Below are positions 49,152 through 61,137 of a stretch of 64,000 nucleotides of DNA, one piece after another. Under the pieces are notes generated by a model. That model had not been told where the DNA came from. It saw only the letters and a program-made list of their open reading frames with translations, and did not search any database. A program made the translations under genes and the position numbers. This DNA comes from an uncultured Candidatus Binatia bacterium (GTDB lineage Bacteria > Desulfobacterota > Binatia > UBA9968 > JAJDTQ01), in the NCBI GenBank assembly GCA_965215605.1, contig OZ244070.1, forward strand, positions 1,248,001-1,312,000. Direction: 5' to 3'. Within the stretch, counting starts at the first letter, position 1; each line of letters opens with the position of its first letter.

Positions 49152-51428
49152 CTAGGAACCCAGGCCGAGCAGATTGAACTTGACCGAGTAAAGCGTGCGA
49201 TCCGGGTTGGTGTGCCTGTCGACCGAAACCGCGAAGGTCCAACACTCGCACTCGGAAAGATACTTGATGCTCCCCCGGTTGCGCGTCATCCGGCCCGCTT
49301 CGCCGTCGTAGCTGCCGTCGTAGAGCCACAGGATCTGGTCGGTCAAACGCAACAGGGCATCGGCCTGCAGGCCGTTCAACGGATCCCGTTGCTCGCACCG
49401 GCTGTCCCCCGGACAGTCGGCGGCGGGGTTGAGATTGGCGTCCCCGGCGAGCGGCGCAAGCGGATTCTCCCTTATGTGGAGGTAACGCAGCGAAAGGCGG
49501 TTGGGGCGCGCGAAGTCCCTGTCGGCGACTCCTGTCTCGATGGGCGCGGCCGCCGACACGGAGAACCCGAGCGCCGCTTGCTGGAGATTCCACGGCCCCG
49601 GGTCCAGGCCCGCGGCGGCATCGACGTCGAGGTTCCTGGCGGGGCTGAAGCGGACGTCCACGTCCACATCGGACAGGTCGTCCCGTCCCTCGCGCGACCG
49701 GTCTATGTCGAAGTTCGTGGCCACCCGGGCGACGGCCAACTGACGCATCGCCACGCGTTCGGCGGCGGCGGCGCGCCCGGACGTCCCCCAGAAACGATTG
49801 GTCAACGAGGCCGTGAGCACGTTGCGGCGGTTGATCCGATCGATGCCGTCCCAGATGGGGAGCCTGCTCTGGTCCGTATGCGGGATAAACAGGTACTCGA
49901 CCGCCGGCTCCACCACGTGCCGTATCCGGCTCCACGCGTCCCCGTTCAACTCATAGGCGCGGCTCAGCGAGGTGGCCAGGCGCCCGCGGACCTCCAGCAA
50001 CTCCCGGGAACTGTTGCGCGGGAACTTGCCGCTGAAGCCGTCCTGCTCCGCGTCGAACCTGCCCTCCACCGTGTCGAGCCGGTACAGGGTCTCGCGCAGC
50101 GCAACGCTGGTGGCGAGCCTGAAGTGACGGCCTAGCGTCACCGGCCAGGTCAACTCCGGCCTGATATCCACTCTCAGACCGTCGGCGCGCTTCTCGCGCA
50201 CGAAATTCGTCAGCTGCACGTTCCAGCCGAAGTCGAGCCGGTTGTCAAGCGGACGGGCGCCTGTGAAGGAGAGGTGGGGCATCCGGTGCAGCGTGTGCCT
50301 TCGCGGCTGGACCAGATCCTGCTGGTAGTCCAGCAACCCCTGGAGCGTCATGCCCGACTCATGCCGATAGAACCCGAGCCGCGACGCGCTGTAACGGCTC
50401 GTACGGGCAAGCCGTCTCGCATCGGAGCCGAGGTCGGAGAACTCCAGCAACTCGCGCGTCACCAGGCTGTCGCTGTAGAGCGCCACGTCGCTGAAGGTGG
50501 TCCACGGGCCGCGCTGGCGATGCGTCAGCATGGCGCTCCAGCGGTCCTCGGGAATCTCGGGATCGGCGATCCGCTTGTTCGCTACCACCCGGGTGTCGCG
50601 CATCTTCTCGCTGAAGTAGGCGACGTCCAGGCGCCCGGCGGCCGCACGGTTGAGCACCGTGCGGTACTGCCCCGCCACGCCAAGGCGTGTCTTGGACTCC
50701 GAGACGATGTTGAGCGTCGCATCGTTGCTCTTGTCCAGCGCCCAGAAGAAGGGCTGCCGGTACAGCAGCCCGTTCTCGTCGGACCAGCCGACGGAAGGGA
50801 AGAGCAGCCCGGTGGTGCGTTGCGATTGATGGGGAACGGACACGTAGGGCAGGTAGAGGACGGGAACGTCGTAGACATAGAAGGTGGCGTCGTCCGCCTC
50901 CACATCGCCTTCCCCGCTCAGCCGGAGCTCCCGGGCGCCGATGCGCCACGGAGACGTTCCGGTCTCGCAAAAGCAGGTGGTGAAAAGCCCGTCCTCGACC
51001 GTGTAGACCTGTCCGGGGAATTTCTCCAGCCGGCTTCCGCTGAAGCTGATACGGCCTTCCTCGATGAACACCTCGCCGTCGAGAATCGTGGCCGTCTCGT
51101 CCCTCAGGTTCATCTCGAGCCGCGACGCCGTCAGCCGGTACCGCGGATCACGGAGAGTTACCGAGCCCTCGGCGCGCAGCGTTTGCGCCGACCGGCGGAC
51201 ATCCACGGCATCGGCTCCGAAGACGGTCTGTCCCTGCCGTACCTCCACGTTGCCCCGGACCTCGATGGTGTCGCCCCCCTCGCTCACCTGAATGGACTCG
51301 CCGGCCAATACCTCGACCCGCTCCGTATCGCCTTCGGATTGGGCCTGCGCCACGGCGACGGGCCACGGGAGGCACCACGCCAGCAGCAGCCACGTCAGGG
51401 TCCGGATGTTTGATTTCGATCGAAGCAT
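49152..51428 (-). CDS. lptD: LPS-assembly outer-membrane protein LptD
   Basis: Signal peptide, OstA-like N-domain (FTTC...PW, RTTGLLFP), beta-barrel C-domain with terminal ECW. Confidence 0.88.
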   Translation of the reverse strand: MLRSKSNIRTLTWLLLAWCLPWPVAVAQAQSEGDTERVEVLAGESIQVSEGGDTIEVRGNVEVRQGQTVFGADAVDVRRSAQTLRAEGSVTLRDPRYRLTASRLEMNLRDETATILDGEVFIEEGRISFSGSRLEKFPGQVYTVEDGLFTTCFCETGTSPWRIGARELRLSGEGDVEADDATFYVYDVPVLYLPYVSVPHQSQRTTGLLFPSVGWSDENGLLYRQPFFWALDKSNDATLNIVSESKTRLGVAGQYRTVLNRAAAGRLDVAYFSEKMRDTRVVANKRIADPEIPEDRWSAMLTHRQRGPWTTFSDVALYSDSLVTRELLEFSDLGSDARRLARTSRYSASRLGFYRHESGMTLQGLLDYQQDLVQPRRHTLHRMPHLSFTGARPLDNRLDFGWNVQLTNFVREKRADGLRVDIRPELTWPVTLGRHFRLATSVALRETLYRLDTVEGRFDAEQDGFSGKFPRNSSRELLEVRGRLATSLSRAYELNGDAWSRIRHVVEPAVEYLFIPHTDQSRLPIWDGIDRINRRNVLTASLTNRFWGTSGRAAAAERVAMRQLAVARVATNFDIDRSREGRDDLSDVDVDVRFSPARNLDVDAAAGLDPGPWNLQQAALGFSVSAAAPIETGVADRDFARPNRLSLRYLHIRENPLAPLAGDANLNPAADCPGDSRCEQRDPLNGLQADALLRLTDQILWLYDGSYDGEAGRMTRNRGSIKYLSECECWTFAVSVDRHTNPDRTLYSVKFNLLGLGS

Positions 51429-51452
51429 GTCTTGACCGCCACATTCACTGGG

Positions 51453-52778
51453 CTATCGTGATCGCGCCGCCAGTTCAAGGACCTTGCCGCGGACCGCGCC
51501 CACGAGATAGAGGGAGCCGGCCACGAGAACCGGATCGTTCCGCCGGCGCCGGTCGGCCGCGAGCCGCGAAATGGCGGCAACCGGATCGTCCGCCGTGGTT
51601 GCCGGCAGTCCCGCGGGCACGGCCGAAAGCAACGAACGCGGGTCGGCCCCTCTCCCGGACGGGACCCGCGTCAACACCACCTCCCTGGACACCGCGCACA
51701 GCGCGGCAAGCATTGCCGGCCAGTCCTTGTCCACCATGCTGCCGAACAGCAACCGGACCTTCCCGCAGCCCGGGAGCCTCCGGATCTCGCCGACGAGCGC
51801 CTCCACCGCCCCAAGGTTGTGTGCGCCGTCCAAGATGACCGCCGGGCGCCCGGACACCCTCTCGAACCGGCCCGGCCAAGCCACCGCCGCCAGACCGGAA
51901 CGAATCGACTTCTCCCGGACGGGCAACACCGGCCTCAACGCCTCGAGGGCGGCCAGGGCCACTCCCGCATTGTGTCGTTGATACTCCCCTCGCAACCCCA
52001 GGTCCAGCCCCTGCAGCGACCATTCCGGTCCGCGATAGTCGAACGAGCGGTGGTCACGGGCGGCGACGGAGAAGTCCCTGGCCCAATGAAGCACCGCGAC
52101 GCCGGCGGCCCGCGCCACCCCGTTCACCGCCCGCTTCGCCGCGGGAGACAGGGCGCCGCACACCAGCGGAACCCCCGCTTTGACGATGCCGGCCTTTTCC
52201 CGGGCAATGGAGCCGATGCGGCTGCCAAGGAAACGCTCGTGGTCCCGTGAAATGGTGGTGATGACGGTGACATCCGGCCGCACCACGTTGGTGGCGTCGA
52301 GCCGTCCCCCGAGACCCACCTCCACCACCGCGGCCTCCACCCCCTCCCGGGCGAAGTGCAGGAACGCCATCACGGTGGCGAACTCGAAGAACGTGAGACA
52401 GACGGCCGCCCGCCGCATGCGCCCGGCGATCTCCCCGACGAAGGCCGTCACCGAGGCCTGGCTGATGCGCCGCTTGCCCACGCGGATCCTCTCGGGGAAG
52501 GCGGACAGGTGCGGCGAGGTGTAGAGTCCCGCGCGGTAGCCCGCCGCGGACAGCACCGAGTGGACCATCGCGGCCGTGGAACCCTTGCCGTTGGTTCCGG
52601 CGACATGGCAGACCTTGAACCGGTGCTGCGGGTTGTCGAACAACGACAACGCCCGAGCCACCCGCTCGAGCCGGAGATCGATCTCGGCGCCGCGGAGGTT
52701 GTAAATGAGATCAAGGCTTTTCTTATAGGAAGTCACGGGACCAGGGCGGGGGCGGGTTCGAACCCGCCCCCGCGTCAT
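51453..52778 (-). CDS. folC: Folylpolyglutamate/dihydrofolate synthase (alternative GTG start at 52736)
   Basis: HVAGTNGKGST, YTSPHL, EVGLGGRLDATN and LDGAHN motifs. Confidence 0.96.
   Translation of the reverse strand: MTRGRVRTRPRPGPVTSYKKSLDLIYNLRGAEIDLRLERVARALSLFDNPQHRFKVCHVAGTNGKGSTAAMVHSVLSAAGYRAGLYTSPHLSAFPERIRVGKRRISQASVTAFVGEIAGRMRRAAVCLTFFEFATVMAFLHFAREGVEAAVVEVGLGGRLDATNVVRPDVTVITTISRDHERFLGSRIGSIAREKAGIVKAGVPLVCGALSPAAKRAVNGVARAAGVAVLHWARDFSVAARDHRSFDYRGPEWSLQGLDLGLRGEYQRHNAGVALAALEALRPVLPVREKSIRSGLAAVAWPGRFERVSGRPAVILDGAHNLGAVEALVGEIRRLPGCGKVRLLFGSMVDKDWPAMLAALCAVSREVVLTRVPSGRGADPRSLLSAVPAGLPATTADDPVAAISRLAADRRRRNDPVLVAGSLYLVGAVRGKVLELAARSR
52746..52773. repeat. Perfect 28-bp palindrome of the REP family at the trpF/folC junction
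   Basis: GCGGGGGCGGGTTC|GAACCCGCCCCCGC. Confidence 0.85.
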
Positions 52779-53398
52779 TCCGCCTTGGCTGCCGCGATGA
52801 AGTCTTTCATGCGCTGGGGATCCTTGCGGCCCGGCGCCGCCTCGACTCCCGAGCAGACGTCCACGCCGAAAGGCCTCAACTCACGCACCGCCTCGCTCAC
52901 GTTGCCTATATCGAGACCGCCCGCAAGGATCACGGGGCGGGCCATGGGAACGGTCAACCATTCCCAGGCGAAGGTGGATCCCGACCCCCCGAACCCGGGG
53001 CTCCAGGAGTCCAGGAGGTAATAGTCCGCCGGATACTCGCCGATCTCCCCGAGGGTCTCCTCATCGCGCACCCGGAACGCCTTGATGACCTTGAGCGGCC
53101 AGCGACTGCAATAGTCCCGCGCCTCATCGCCGTGGAACTGCACGGCCGTGAGCCCGGCGCTTCCCCCGGAGCGGCACGTCCGGAGCACCGACTTCACGTG
53201 CTGCCGGGTCTCGTTGACGAAGAGCCCGGCGGCGCAGATCCCGGCCGGCAACTCCCCGAGGATCCGCGCGGCCTGCTCGGGCGGAAGGTACCTCGGGCTG
53301 GGCGGGTAGAAGTTGAACCCCAGCGCGTCGGCGCCGTAATCCACCGCCCTCAACGCGTCGCCGGCGCTGGTGACGCCGCAGATCTTAACCTTGACCAT
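52775..53398 (-). CDS. trpF: Phosphoribosylanthranilate isomerase
   Basis: VKICG, QFHGDE, LAGGL and DVCSGVE motifs. Confidence 0.97.
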   Translation of the reverse strand: MVKVKICGVTSAGDALRAVDYGADALGFNFYPPSPRYLPPEQAARILGELPAGICAAGLFVNETRQHVKSVLRTCRSGGSAGLTAVQFHGDEARDYCSRWPLKVIKAFRVRDEETLGEIGEYPADYYLLDSWSPGFGGSGSTFAWEWLTVPMARPVILAGGLDIGNVSEAVRELRPFGVDVCSGVEAAPGRKDPQRMKDFIAAAKAE

Positions 53399-54197
53399 GG
53401 TGTTGGGCCGCGCCGGCCGCCCCCAGCAGCTCGGCGAGTCTGGCGCCGGGATCCCCGGCGCGCATGAGCGTTTCGCCGACCAGGAAGACCCGGGCGCCGG
53501 AAGCCTCCAGCCGTTCCACATGCCCGACGTCCTTGATGCCGCTCTCGCACACCGGCAACACATGGGGCGGGATCCTGGGCAGCAGCGCTTCCGCGACCCC
53601 GAGGTCCACCTGGAAGGTCCGCAAGTCGCGGTTGTTGATGCCGACCATGCTCGCGCCGACTCCGAGCGCCGCCTCCAGCTCCAGCTCCGTATGCACCTCC
53701 ACCAGCACGTCCAGGGAAAGCGCCCGGGCCTCGGCGTGGAGCGCCGCCAACTCGCCTTCGTCCAGGAGCGCGGCGATGAGGAGCACGGCGTCGGCGCCGA
53801 AACTCCGGGCTTCCGTGAGCTGGTAGGCGTCTACCACGAAGTCTTTTCTGAGAAGCGGCAGGGAGACCTCCGCGTGGATGTCGGACAGATAGCGGAGGGA
53901 ACCGTCGAAGAACCGTTCCTCGGTCACCACGGAAAGGGCGGTGGCGCCGTTGGCCTGATAACCGGAGGCGATGCCCACCGGGTCGAAGTCCTGGCGAATC
54001 ACGCCTTGGGAGGGCGAGGCGCGCTTGACCTCGGCAATGATGTGGCGTCCGGGTCTCGACAGGGATTCCAGAAACCCCCGCGGGTTCCGGCGATACAACG
54101 GACTGTCCTTCAGCGCCTCCACCGGATGCGCCCGCCGGCGGGGATCGAGTTGTGAACGCACGTGGGCGACAATCCGGTCGAGGATGTCGTTTCTCAT
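53385..54197 (-). CDS. trpC: Indole-3-glycerol phosphate synthase
   Basis: IAEVKRASPS, LRKDF and GINNRDL motifs. Confidence 0.97.
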   Translation of the reverse strand: MRNDILDRIVAHVRSQLDPRRRAHPVEALKDSPLYRRNPRGFLESLSRPGRHIIAEVKRASPSQGVIRQDFDPVGIASGYQANGATALSVVTEERFFDGSLRYLSDIHAEVSLPLLRKDFVVDAYQLTEARSFGADAVLLIAALLDEGELAALHAEARALSLDVLVEVHTELELEAALGVGASMVGINNRDLRTFQVDLGVAEALLPRIPPHVLPVCESGIKDVGHVERLEASGARVFLVGETLMRAGDPGARLAELLGAAGAAQHHGQG

Positions 54198-54210
54198 GGG
54201 GATGCCACCG

Positions 54211-55227
54211 TCATGACGCATGGGTGAGCCGGATCAGGTGTTCGAGCTTTCCCAGAGCCGCCCCGGAATCGATGCACTCCCGGGCCAGGCCGATGCCCTC
54301 GGCGATGGTTTCCGCCCGTTCACTGACGCACAGCGCCGCGCCGCCATTGAGCACCACCACGTCCCGGGCGGGACCCGGCTCCCCCTTCAGGACCGCCGTC
54401 ACGATGGCGGCGCATTCCGCCGGATCCGTCGCGGCGAGCCGTGCCGCGGGCTGCTTCTCGAAGCCGAAGTCTTCGGGGTCGAGGGTGTAGCGGGCGACGG
54501 CGCCGTCCTTCCATTCAGCGACGGCGGTGGGGCCTCCGAGAGAGATCTCGTCGAGGCCTTCCTCGCCGTGGACCACCATGGCCCTCTCGCTTCCGAGGTT
54601 CCCGAGGACCTGCGCCACCATCTCGATGAGCGTGCCGTCGTAGATGCCCATGAGTTGACGGCTGGCCCTGGCGGGGTTGGTCAGAGGGCCGAGCAGATTG
54701 AAGATGGTCCGTATGCCCACCTCCCGGCGCGGCGCCGCGGCATACTTCATGGCCCCGTGCATCGCCGGCGCGAAGAGAAAGCCGATCCCGACCTCCCGCA
54801 GGCAACGCTCCACCATCTCCTTGGGCACGTCGATCTTCACGCCCAAGGCGCCCAGCACGTCCGCGCTGCCCGAGCCGCTGGATACGGCTCGATTGCCGTG
54901 CTTGGCCACGGTAACGCCGGCGGCCGCCACCACGAAGGCCACCGTGGTGGAGATGTTGAACGTGTTCTTGCCGTCACCACCGGTGCCGCAGGTATCCAGC
55001 ACGCAACCGTCGCCCGCGTCCACGTGCAACGCCTTCTCCCGCATGACCCGGGCCGCGCCGGTCACTTCCTCCACGGTCTCGCCCTGGATTCGCAGCGCCG
55101 TCAGGAACGCCCCCACCTGGATCGGGGTGGCTTCGCCCGTCATGACCTGGTTCATGACATCCACCATTTCCTGTTCGGTGAGGTTCGAGCCGCCCACCAA
55201 CCGCGCTATCGCCTGCTGGATGTTCAT
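54211..55227 (-). CDS. trpD: Anthranilate phosphoribosyltransferase
   Basis: DTCGTGGDG, NIST and KHGNR motifs. Confidence 0.97.
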   Translation of the reverse strand: MNIQQAIARLVGGSNLTEQEMVDVMNQVMTGEATPIQVGAFLTALRIQGETVEEVTGAARVMREKALHVDAGDGCVLDTCGTGGDGKNTFNISTTVAFVVAAAGVTVAKHGNRAVSSGSGSADVLGALGVKIDVPKEMVERCLREVGIGFLFAPAMHGAMKYAAAPRREVGIRTIFNLLGPLTNPARASRQLMGIYDGTLIEMVAQVLGNLGSERAMVVHGEEGLDEISLGGPTAVAEWKDGAVARYTLDPEDFGFEKQPAARLAATDPAECAAIVTAVLKGEPGPARDVVVLNGGAALCVSERAETIAEGIGLARECIDSGAALGKLEHLIRLTHAS

Positions 55228-55754
55228 TGGTTCCTCGTGATCATCGCGTTCTTGTAGTCCTGGGTCTTGAGTCGCTGGAGGGCGACCAAGGCTTCCTGGC
55301 GAGTGCCGTACCGCCCTACCCGGACCCTGTAGAACGTCTTCCCGCTGAGCTCACCGGAGGTTACGTAGGCTCGATGTCCGCGCTTCATGAGCTCCGCCGC
55401 CATGCTGTCGGCGGTGACGCGGGTTCGATGAGCGGCGATCTGCACGGTCCAGGGAGGCTGTGTCGGAGGGGTTTTCGCTGGCGGCGTGGGCGTGACGTCC
55501 GGCCGGGGCTCGGGCTTCGTCAACGTTTCGTAGAAGGTGATGTGGTCATCCTTCCTGGCTTCGGAGTTGACCGGAACCTTGGCCGCCTCCTCCTCCCGCT
55601 GCAGGATCTTCCGCTCCTCGATATTCTGCCCGATCAGGATGCCGAGAAAGAAGATAACGACCGACGCAATGCCGAAAAGGACGGTAACGGTGACGAGCTG
55701 CGCGCGGCTGAAGTAGACACGGCCGCCGTCCGTCGACTTTCGATGGTTGAGCAT
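55224..55754 (-). CDS. SPOR-domain cell-division protein (FtsN/DedD-like)
   Basis: Single TM helix, TFYETL, Pro-rich linker, WTVQIAA...YRVRVG. Confidence 0.85.
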   Translation of the reverse strand: MLNHRKSTDGGRVYFSRAQLVTVTVLFGIASVVIFFLGILIGQNIEERKILQREEEAAKVPVNSEARKDDHITFYETLTKPEPRPDVTPTPPAKTPPTQPPWTVQIAAHRTRVTADSMAAELMKRGHRAYVTSGELSGKTFYRVRVGRYGTRQEALVALQRLKTQDYKNAMITRNQ

Positions 55755-55860
55755 ATACGCCAATCGGTTCCGAACTGACACCAGCGCGGTAAACCGTTCG
55801 GGCCGTTTCCCGGACTTCGTTGCGGCAACAGAGTGGTGTGACGAACGCCGGAGCCCGCCT

Positions 55861-56277
55861 CTAGGCGGTCGAGGCCGGCCGGTTCTCGGCGGTATGGTCC
55901 GCCGCCGTCTCTTCCCCGGCCTCGGACGATAGCAACTCGATGACGGAAAGCGGCGCCGCATCGCCGCGTCGACGTCCCACCTTGACGATCCTGGTATAAC
56001 CACCGTTGCGATCCTGGAAGCGCGGCCCGAGCTCGTTGAACAACCGCGCGACCACGGCCTTGTCCTGCACGAACCCCAGCGCCCGACGGCGAGCATGCAG
56101 GCTGCCGTCCTTGCCGAGGGTGATGAGCCAATCAGCCCAACGCCGCAACTCCTTGGCCTTGGCATCGGTGGTGGTGATGCGGTCGTGGCGCAGCAGCGAC
56201 GTGGTCATGTTGCGCAACATGGCCAGCCGGTGGCTGGGACTGCGATTCAGCTTTCTGCCTTTCTTCAGGTGCCGCAT
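55861..56277 (-). CDS. rplQ: 50S ribosomal protein L17
   Basis: [10 protein letters not shown]...GGYTRI. Confidence 0.98.
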   Translation of the reverse strand: MRHLKKGRKLNRSPSHRLAMLRNMTTSLLRHDRITTTDAKAKELRRWADWLITLGKDGSLHARRRALGFVQDKAVVARLFNELGPRFQDRNGGYTRIVKVGRRRGDAAPLSVIELLSSEAGEETAADHTAENRPASTA

Positions 56278-56280
56278 GGC

Positions 56281-57303
56281 CTACGCTGTCTCCTTCTGCT
56301 CGTCCTGTTTCCGGCTCTCGAGCTCTTCGCGGCTGGGGAAGTGGTCCAGTCTCATGCCCAGCTCCAAACCCAGCTCGCCGAGCAGCTCCTTGATCTCGTT
56401 CAGGGACTTGCGTCCGAAGTTCTTGGTCTTGAGCATGTCCTGCTCGGTCTTCTGCACCAGTTCGCCGATGTACTTCAGATCGGCGTTCTGCAAGCAATTC
56501 TGCGCCCTGACGGAGAACTCCAGGTCCTCCACCGCGCGGAAGAGATTCTCGTTGAGCGGCGAGGCTTCCGCATCCGTTTCGTTCTCCGAAAGCTGCGGCC
56601 CCTCCTGGAAATTGATGAAGATGTCGACCTGGTCCTGCAGAATCCGGGCCGCGTGGGCCAGCGCATCCTCGGGCTTCTCGCTCCCGTCCGTCCAGACCTC
56701 GATCACCAGACGATCATAGTCCGTGCGTTGGCCGACCCGGGCGTTGGTCACGGTGAAGTTCACCTTGCGGATGGGAGAGAAGACCGCGTCCATGAAGATC
56801 GTGTCCACGGGCTGTTCCTCTTCCCGATTGCGTTCCGCCGGCACGTACCCCTGGCCCATCCGCACCACCAGCGAGGCGTTCAGCCGTCCCTCTTTCGAAA
56901 GCGAAGCGATGTGATGCTCCGGATTGAGGATCTCCACTTGCGGGCCGCAGATGATGTCCTTGGCCAGCACTTCTTCCGGGCCCGACGACTCGATGCGGAT
57001 GACCTCCCGCTCGGAGTCGTGGAGTTTCAGCCGCACCTCCTTCAGGTTCAGAATGATATCGGTCACGTCCTCCGTGGCGCCCGGGATGGTGGAGAACTCG
57101 TGCAGGGCGTCTTCCAACTGCACCGAGGTAATGGCCGCGCCCCTGAGCGACGACAGCAGGATTCGCCGCAGGCTGTTGCCGATGGTCTGGCCGAAACCCC
57201 TCTCGAAAGGCTCGCCGACGAACTTGCCATAGGTCGAGGTCAGGTTCTTCTCGTCGACCTCGATGGCGTCCGGTTTGATCAGTTCGCTCCAATGCTTCTG
57301 CAT
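56281..57303 (-). CDS. rpoA: RNA polymerase alpha subunit
   Basis: PFERGFG.TIGNSLRR and NFGRKSLNEI motifs. Confidence 0.99.
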   Translation of the reverse strand: MQKHWSELIKPDAIEVDEKNLTSTYGKFVGEPFERGFGQTIGNSLRRILLSSLRGAAITSVQLEDALHEFSTIPGATEDVTDIILNLKEVRLKLHDSEREVIRIESSGPEEVLAKDIICGPQVEILNPEHHIASLSKEGRLNASLVVRMGQGYVPAERNREEEQPVDTIFMDAVFSPIRKVNFTVTNARVGQRTDYDRLVIEVWTDGSEKPEDALAHAARILQDQVDIFINFQEGPQLSENETDAEASPLNENLFRAVEDLEFSVRAQNCLQNADLKYIGELVQKTEQDMLKTKNFGRKSLNEIKELLGELGLELGMRLDHFPSREELESRKQDEQKETA

Positions 57304-57327
57304 AGGGTCTCCAACACCGCCGAAGGG

Positions 57328-57954
57328 CTACTTGGAATACAACTCGACGATGAGCTTCTCGTTGATGGGCGTGGTGATGTCACCGCGGCTCGGCAGCACC
57401 CTGACGGTCCCGGAAAAGCTCTCCTGGTTCAACTCGATCCAGTCCGGCACACCGCGCCGCTGGGCGCCTTCCATGGCGGTCATGACCCGCTCCGACTTGC
57501 GGCTCTTCTCCGCCACCGCGACGACGTCCCCGACTCCCACGCGATACGAGGGAATCGTCACGCGCCGTCCGTTGACGAGAACGTGACCGTGCCGCACCAG
57601 CAGGCGGGCATCCCCCCTGGAACACGCGAATCCGAGTCGATACACGACGTTGTCAAGCCGTCTCTCCAGGATCACCAGCAAACTCTCGCCGGTGATGCCA
57701 CGGGACTTCTCGGCCGTCTCGAAGCTGCTCCTGAACTGTTTCTCGAGCAGCCCGTACATGCGCTTGACCTTCTGCTTCTCCCGCAACTGCAGGCTGTATT
57801 CGGAGAATTTGAGCCGGCGCTGGCCGTGTTGACCCGGGGGATAGTTGCGCCGCTCGATGGCGCACTTGTCCGTGTAACATCGATCGCCCTTGAGAAACAG
57901 TTTCAAATTCTCTCGCCGGCAGAGCCGGCAAACCGGACCATGGTACCTGGCCAT
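57328..57954 (-). CDS. rpsD: 30S ribosomal protein S4
   Basis: [16 protein letters not shown] and IVELYSK motifs. Confidence 0.99.
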   Translation of the reverse strand: MARYHGPVCRLCRRENLKLFLKGDRCYTDKCAIERRNYPPGQHGQRRLKFSEYSLQLREKQKVKRMYGLLEKQFRSSFETAEKSRGITGESLLVILERRLDNVVYRLGFACSRGDARLLVRHGHVLVNGRRVTIPSYRVGVGDVVAVAEKSRKSERVMTAMEGAQRRGVPDWIELNQESFSGTVRVLPSRGDITTPINEKLIVELYSK

Positions 57955-57968
57955 CTGACTATCTCCTC

Positions 57969-58379
57969 TCAGACCCGCCTGCGCTTGGGCGGCCGGCAGC
58001 CGTTATGGGGAATCGGCGTCACGTCCTTGATCAGGCTGATGTTCAACCCGGCCGACTGAAGCGACCTCAGGGCCGACTCCCTGGCCGAGCCCGGTCCGCG
58101 CACGTAAACCTGGATCGAGTGCATTCCGTGGTCCATGGCCTTGCGCGCCACGTTGTCCGCCGCCTGCTGCGCGGCGAAAGGCGTGCCCTTGCGGGATCCC
58201 TTGAAGCCGATGGCGCCGGCGCTTGACCACGCGACCACGTTCCCCTGCGTGTCCGAGATCGTGATGATCGTATTGTTGAAGGTGGAATGGATGTGCGCCA
58301 CCCCCTCGGCGATGTTCTTCCGTCCGCGCCGTTTTCTCGGCGCCCTCGCGTCACGCGCTTTCTTAGCGGCCTGAGCCAT
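57969..58379 (-). CDS. rpsK: 30S ribosomal protein S11
   Basis: STFNNT and [18 protein letters not shown] motifs. Confidence 0.99.
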   Translation of the reverse strand: MAQAAKKARDARAPRKRRGRKNIAEGVAHIHSTFNNTIITISDTQGNVVAWSSAGAIGFKGSRKGTPFAAQQAADNVARKAMDHGMHSIQVYVRGPGSARESALRSLQSAGLNISLIKDVTPIPHNGCRPPKRRRV

Positions 58380-58403
58380 GGATGCTCCTGTTCTGGTTTG
58401 GGC

Positions 58404-58787
58404 CTAACCCTTCGACGGCGGCTTCTTCTTGCCGGCGATGGCCCGCCGGGGACCCATCCGGGTGCGCCCGTTGGTATGCGTACGCTGCCCCCTGACCGGG
58501 AGCCCGCGCCGGTGCCTGAGGCCCCGATAGGAGCCGATGTCCATGTGGCGCTTGATGTCCATGGTGACGTCGCGCCTCAGGTCGCCCTCGACCTTCATTT
58601 CCTGGTCGATGATCCGCCGTATCACCACGACCTGATCATCGGACAAGTCATCGGACTTGAGCTGGAACGATATTCCCGCTTCCTTGAGGATGTTCCGGGA
58701 CGTGGTCGCGCCGATGCCATAGATGTAGGTCAGCGCCACTTCCATCTGCTTGTTCTTGGGCAGATCCACCCCAGCAATACGTGCCAT
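58404..58787 (-). CDS. rpsM: 30S ribosomal protein S13
   Basis: MARIAGV and GLPVRGQRT motifs. Confidence 0.99.
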   Translation of the reverse strand: MARIAGVDLPKNKQMEVALTYIYGIGATTSRNILKEAGISFQLKSDDLSDDQVVVIRRIIDQEMKVEGDLRRDVTMDIKRHMDIGSYRGLRHRRGLPVRGQRTHTNGRTRMGPRRAIAGKKKPPSKG

Positions 58788-58801
58788 GAGTCCTTCCTCC
58801 C

Positions 58802-58826
58802 GTAGGGGCGGGGTTCAAACCCGCCC
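58802..58826 (+). repeat. GTAG-type REP palindrome
   Basis: GTAGGGGCGGGGTTCAAACCCGCCC. Confidence 0.85.
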
Positions 58827-58862
58827 GTGTCCCGCACCCGCGGGGGCGCGAAATCGTTCCGG

Positions 58863-58976
58863 CTAGCCCTGCCGCTGGGCGTGCTTGCGGGTGACACAGA
58901 TGACCCGCACGACCCTGTTCCTTCGAACGATCTTGCACTTGTTGCAAATCTTCTTGACCGACGCTCTTACTTTCAC
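58863..58976 (-). CDS. rpmJ: 50S ribosomal protein L36 (Zn-binding)
   Basis: (M)[18 protein letters not shown]...HAQRQG; GTG start. Confidence 0.97.
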   Translation of the reverse strand: MKVRASVKKICNKCKIVRRNRVVRVICVTRKHAQRQG

Positions 58977-59014
58977 ATCCGACCTCGTTGTCCTTCCCGG
59001 AGGAGCCGCGGCGC

Positions 59015-59039
59015 GGACGGGTTTGAAACCCGCCCCTAC
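59015..59039 (-). repeat. GTAG-type REP palindrome
   Basis: GTAGGGGCGGGTTTCAAACCCGTCC. Confidence 0.85.
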
Positions 59040-59794
59040 AGGCGGCTCAGCACGTAAGGCCCGTTTTCGGTAACGGCGATGGAGTGCTCGAAGTGGGCCG
59101 CGAGACTCCGATCCCGGGTGATGGCGGTCCAGCCGTCGTCCAGGATGCTGATTTCCTTCTTCCCGGCGTTGACCATGGGTTCGACCGCCAGGACCATACC
59201 CGCCCGCAGGCGGCATCCCTTGCCCGCGTCGCCGTAGTTGGGCACGGGGGGTTCCTCGTGCAGCTTCCTGCCGATGCCGTGTCCCACGAACTCCCGGACC
59301 ACCGAGTAACCGGAACGCTCCGCGATCTCCTGTATGGCGTTCCCCAGGTCTCCCAAGCGGTTGCCTTCGCGCAGCATCTCGATGCCCTCGTCCAGCGCCG
59401 TCTCGGTCACCCGCATGAGACGTTCGGCCTCGCTGCTCACCCGGCCCAGGCCCACCGTCACGGCCGAGTCGCCGTAGAAACCCTCGTACACCACCCCGAA
59501 GTCCATCCCCAGGATGTCCCCTTCCTTGAGTATACGGTCCGAGGGGATGCCGTGGACGATCTCCTCGTTGACCGACGTGCACAGGCTGTGCTCGAACACC
59601 CTGCCGGCAACGGCATAGCCCTTGAATGCCGGCTTGGCCCCCTTCTCGTAGGTCAGCCGCTCCGCTACCTCGTCCAGCTCCAGGGTGGTCATGCCCGGCT
59701 CCACCAGCTCCTTGAGCGACTCCAGCACCTCCGCCACGATGACGCTGGCCCGGCGCATGGTCTCTATCTCGGCCCGGGACTTGAGATAAATCAT
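59036..59794 (-). CDS. map: Methionine aminopeptidase type I
   Basis: [21 protein letters not shown] and AHFEH motifs. Confidence 0.98.
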   Translation of the reverse strand: MIYLKSRAEIETMRRASVIVAEVLESLKELVEPGMTTLELDEVAERLTYEKGAKPAFKGYAVAGRVFEHSLCTSVNEEIVHGIPSDRILKEGDILGMDFGVVYEGFYGDSAVTVGLGRVSSEAERLMRVTETALDEGIEMLREGNRLGDLGNAIQEIAERSGYSVVREFVGHGIGRKLHEEPPVPNYGDAGKGCRLRAGMVLAVEPMVNAGKKEISILDDGWTAITRDRSLAAHFEHSIAVTENGPYVLSRL

Positions 59795-59826
59795 TGGAGG
59801 ATCACCTCGGCCGTGTCCGGCGCTCC

Positions 59827-61129
<1,303 letters not shown>

Positions 61130-61137
<8 letters not shown>

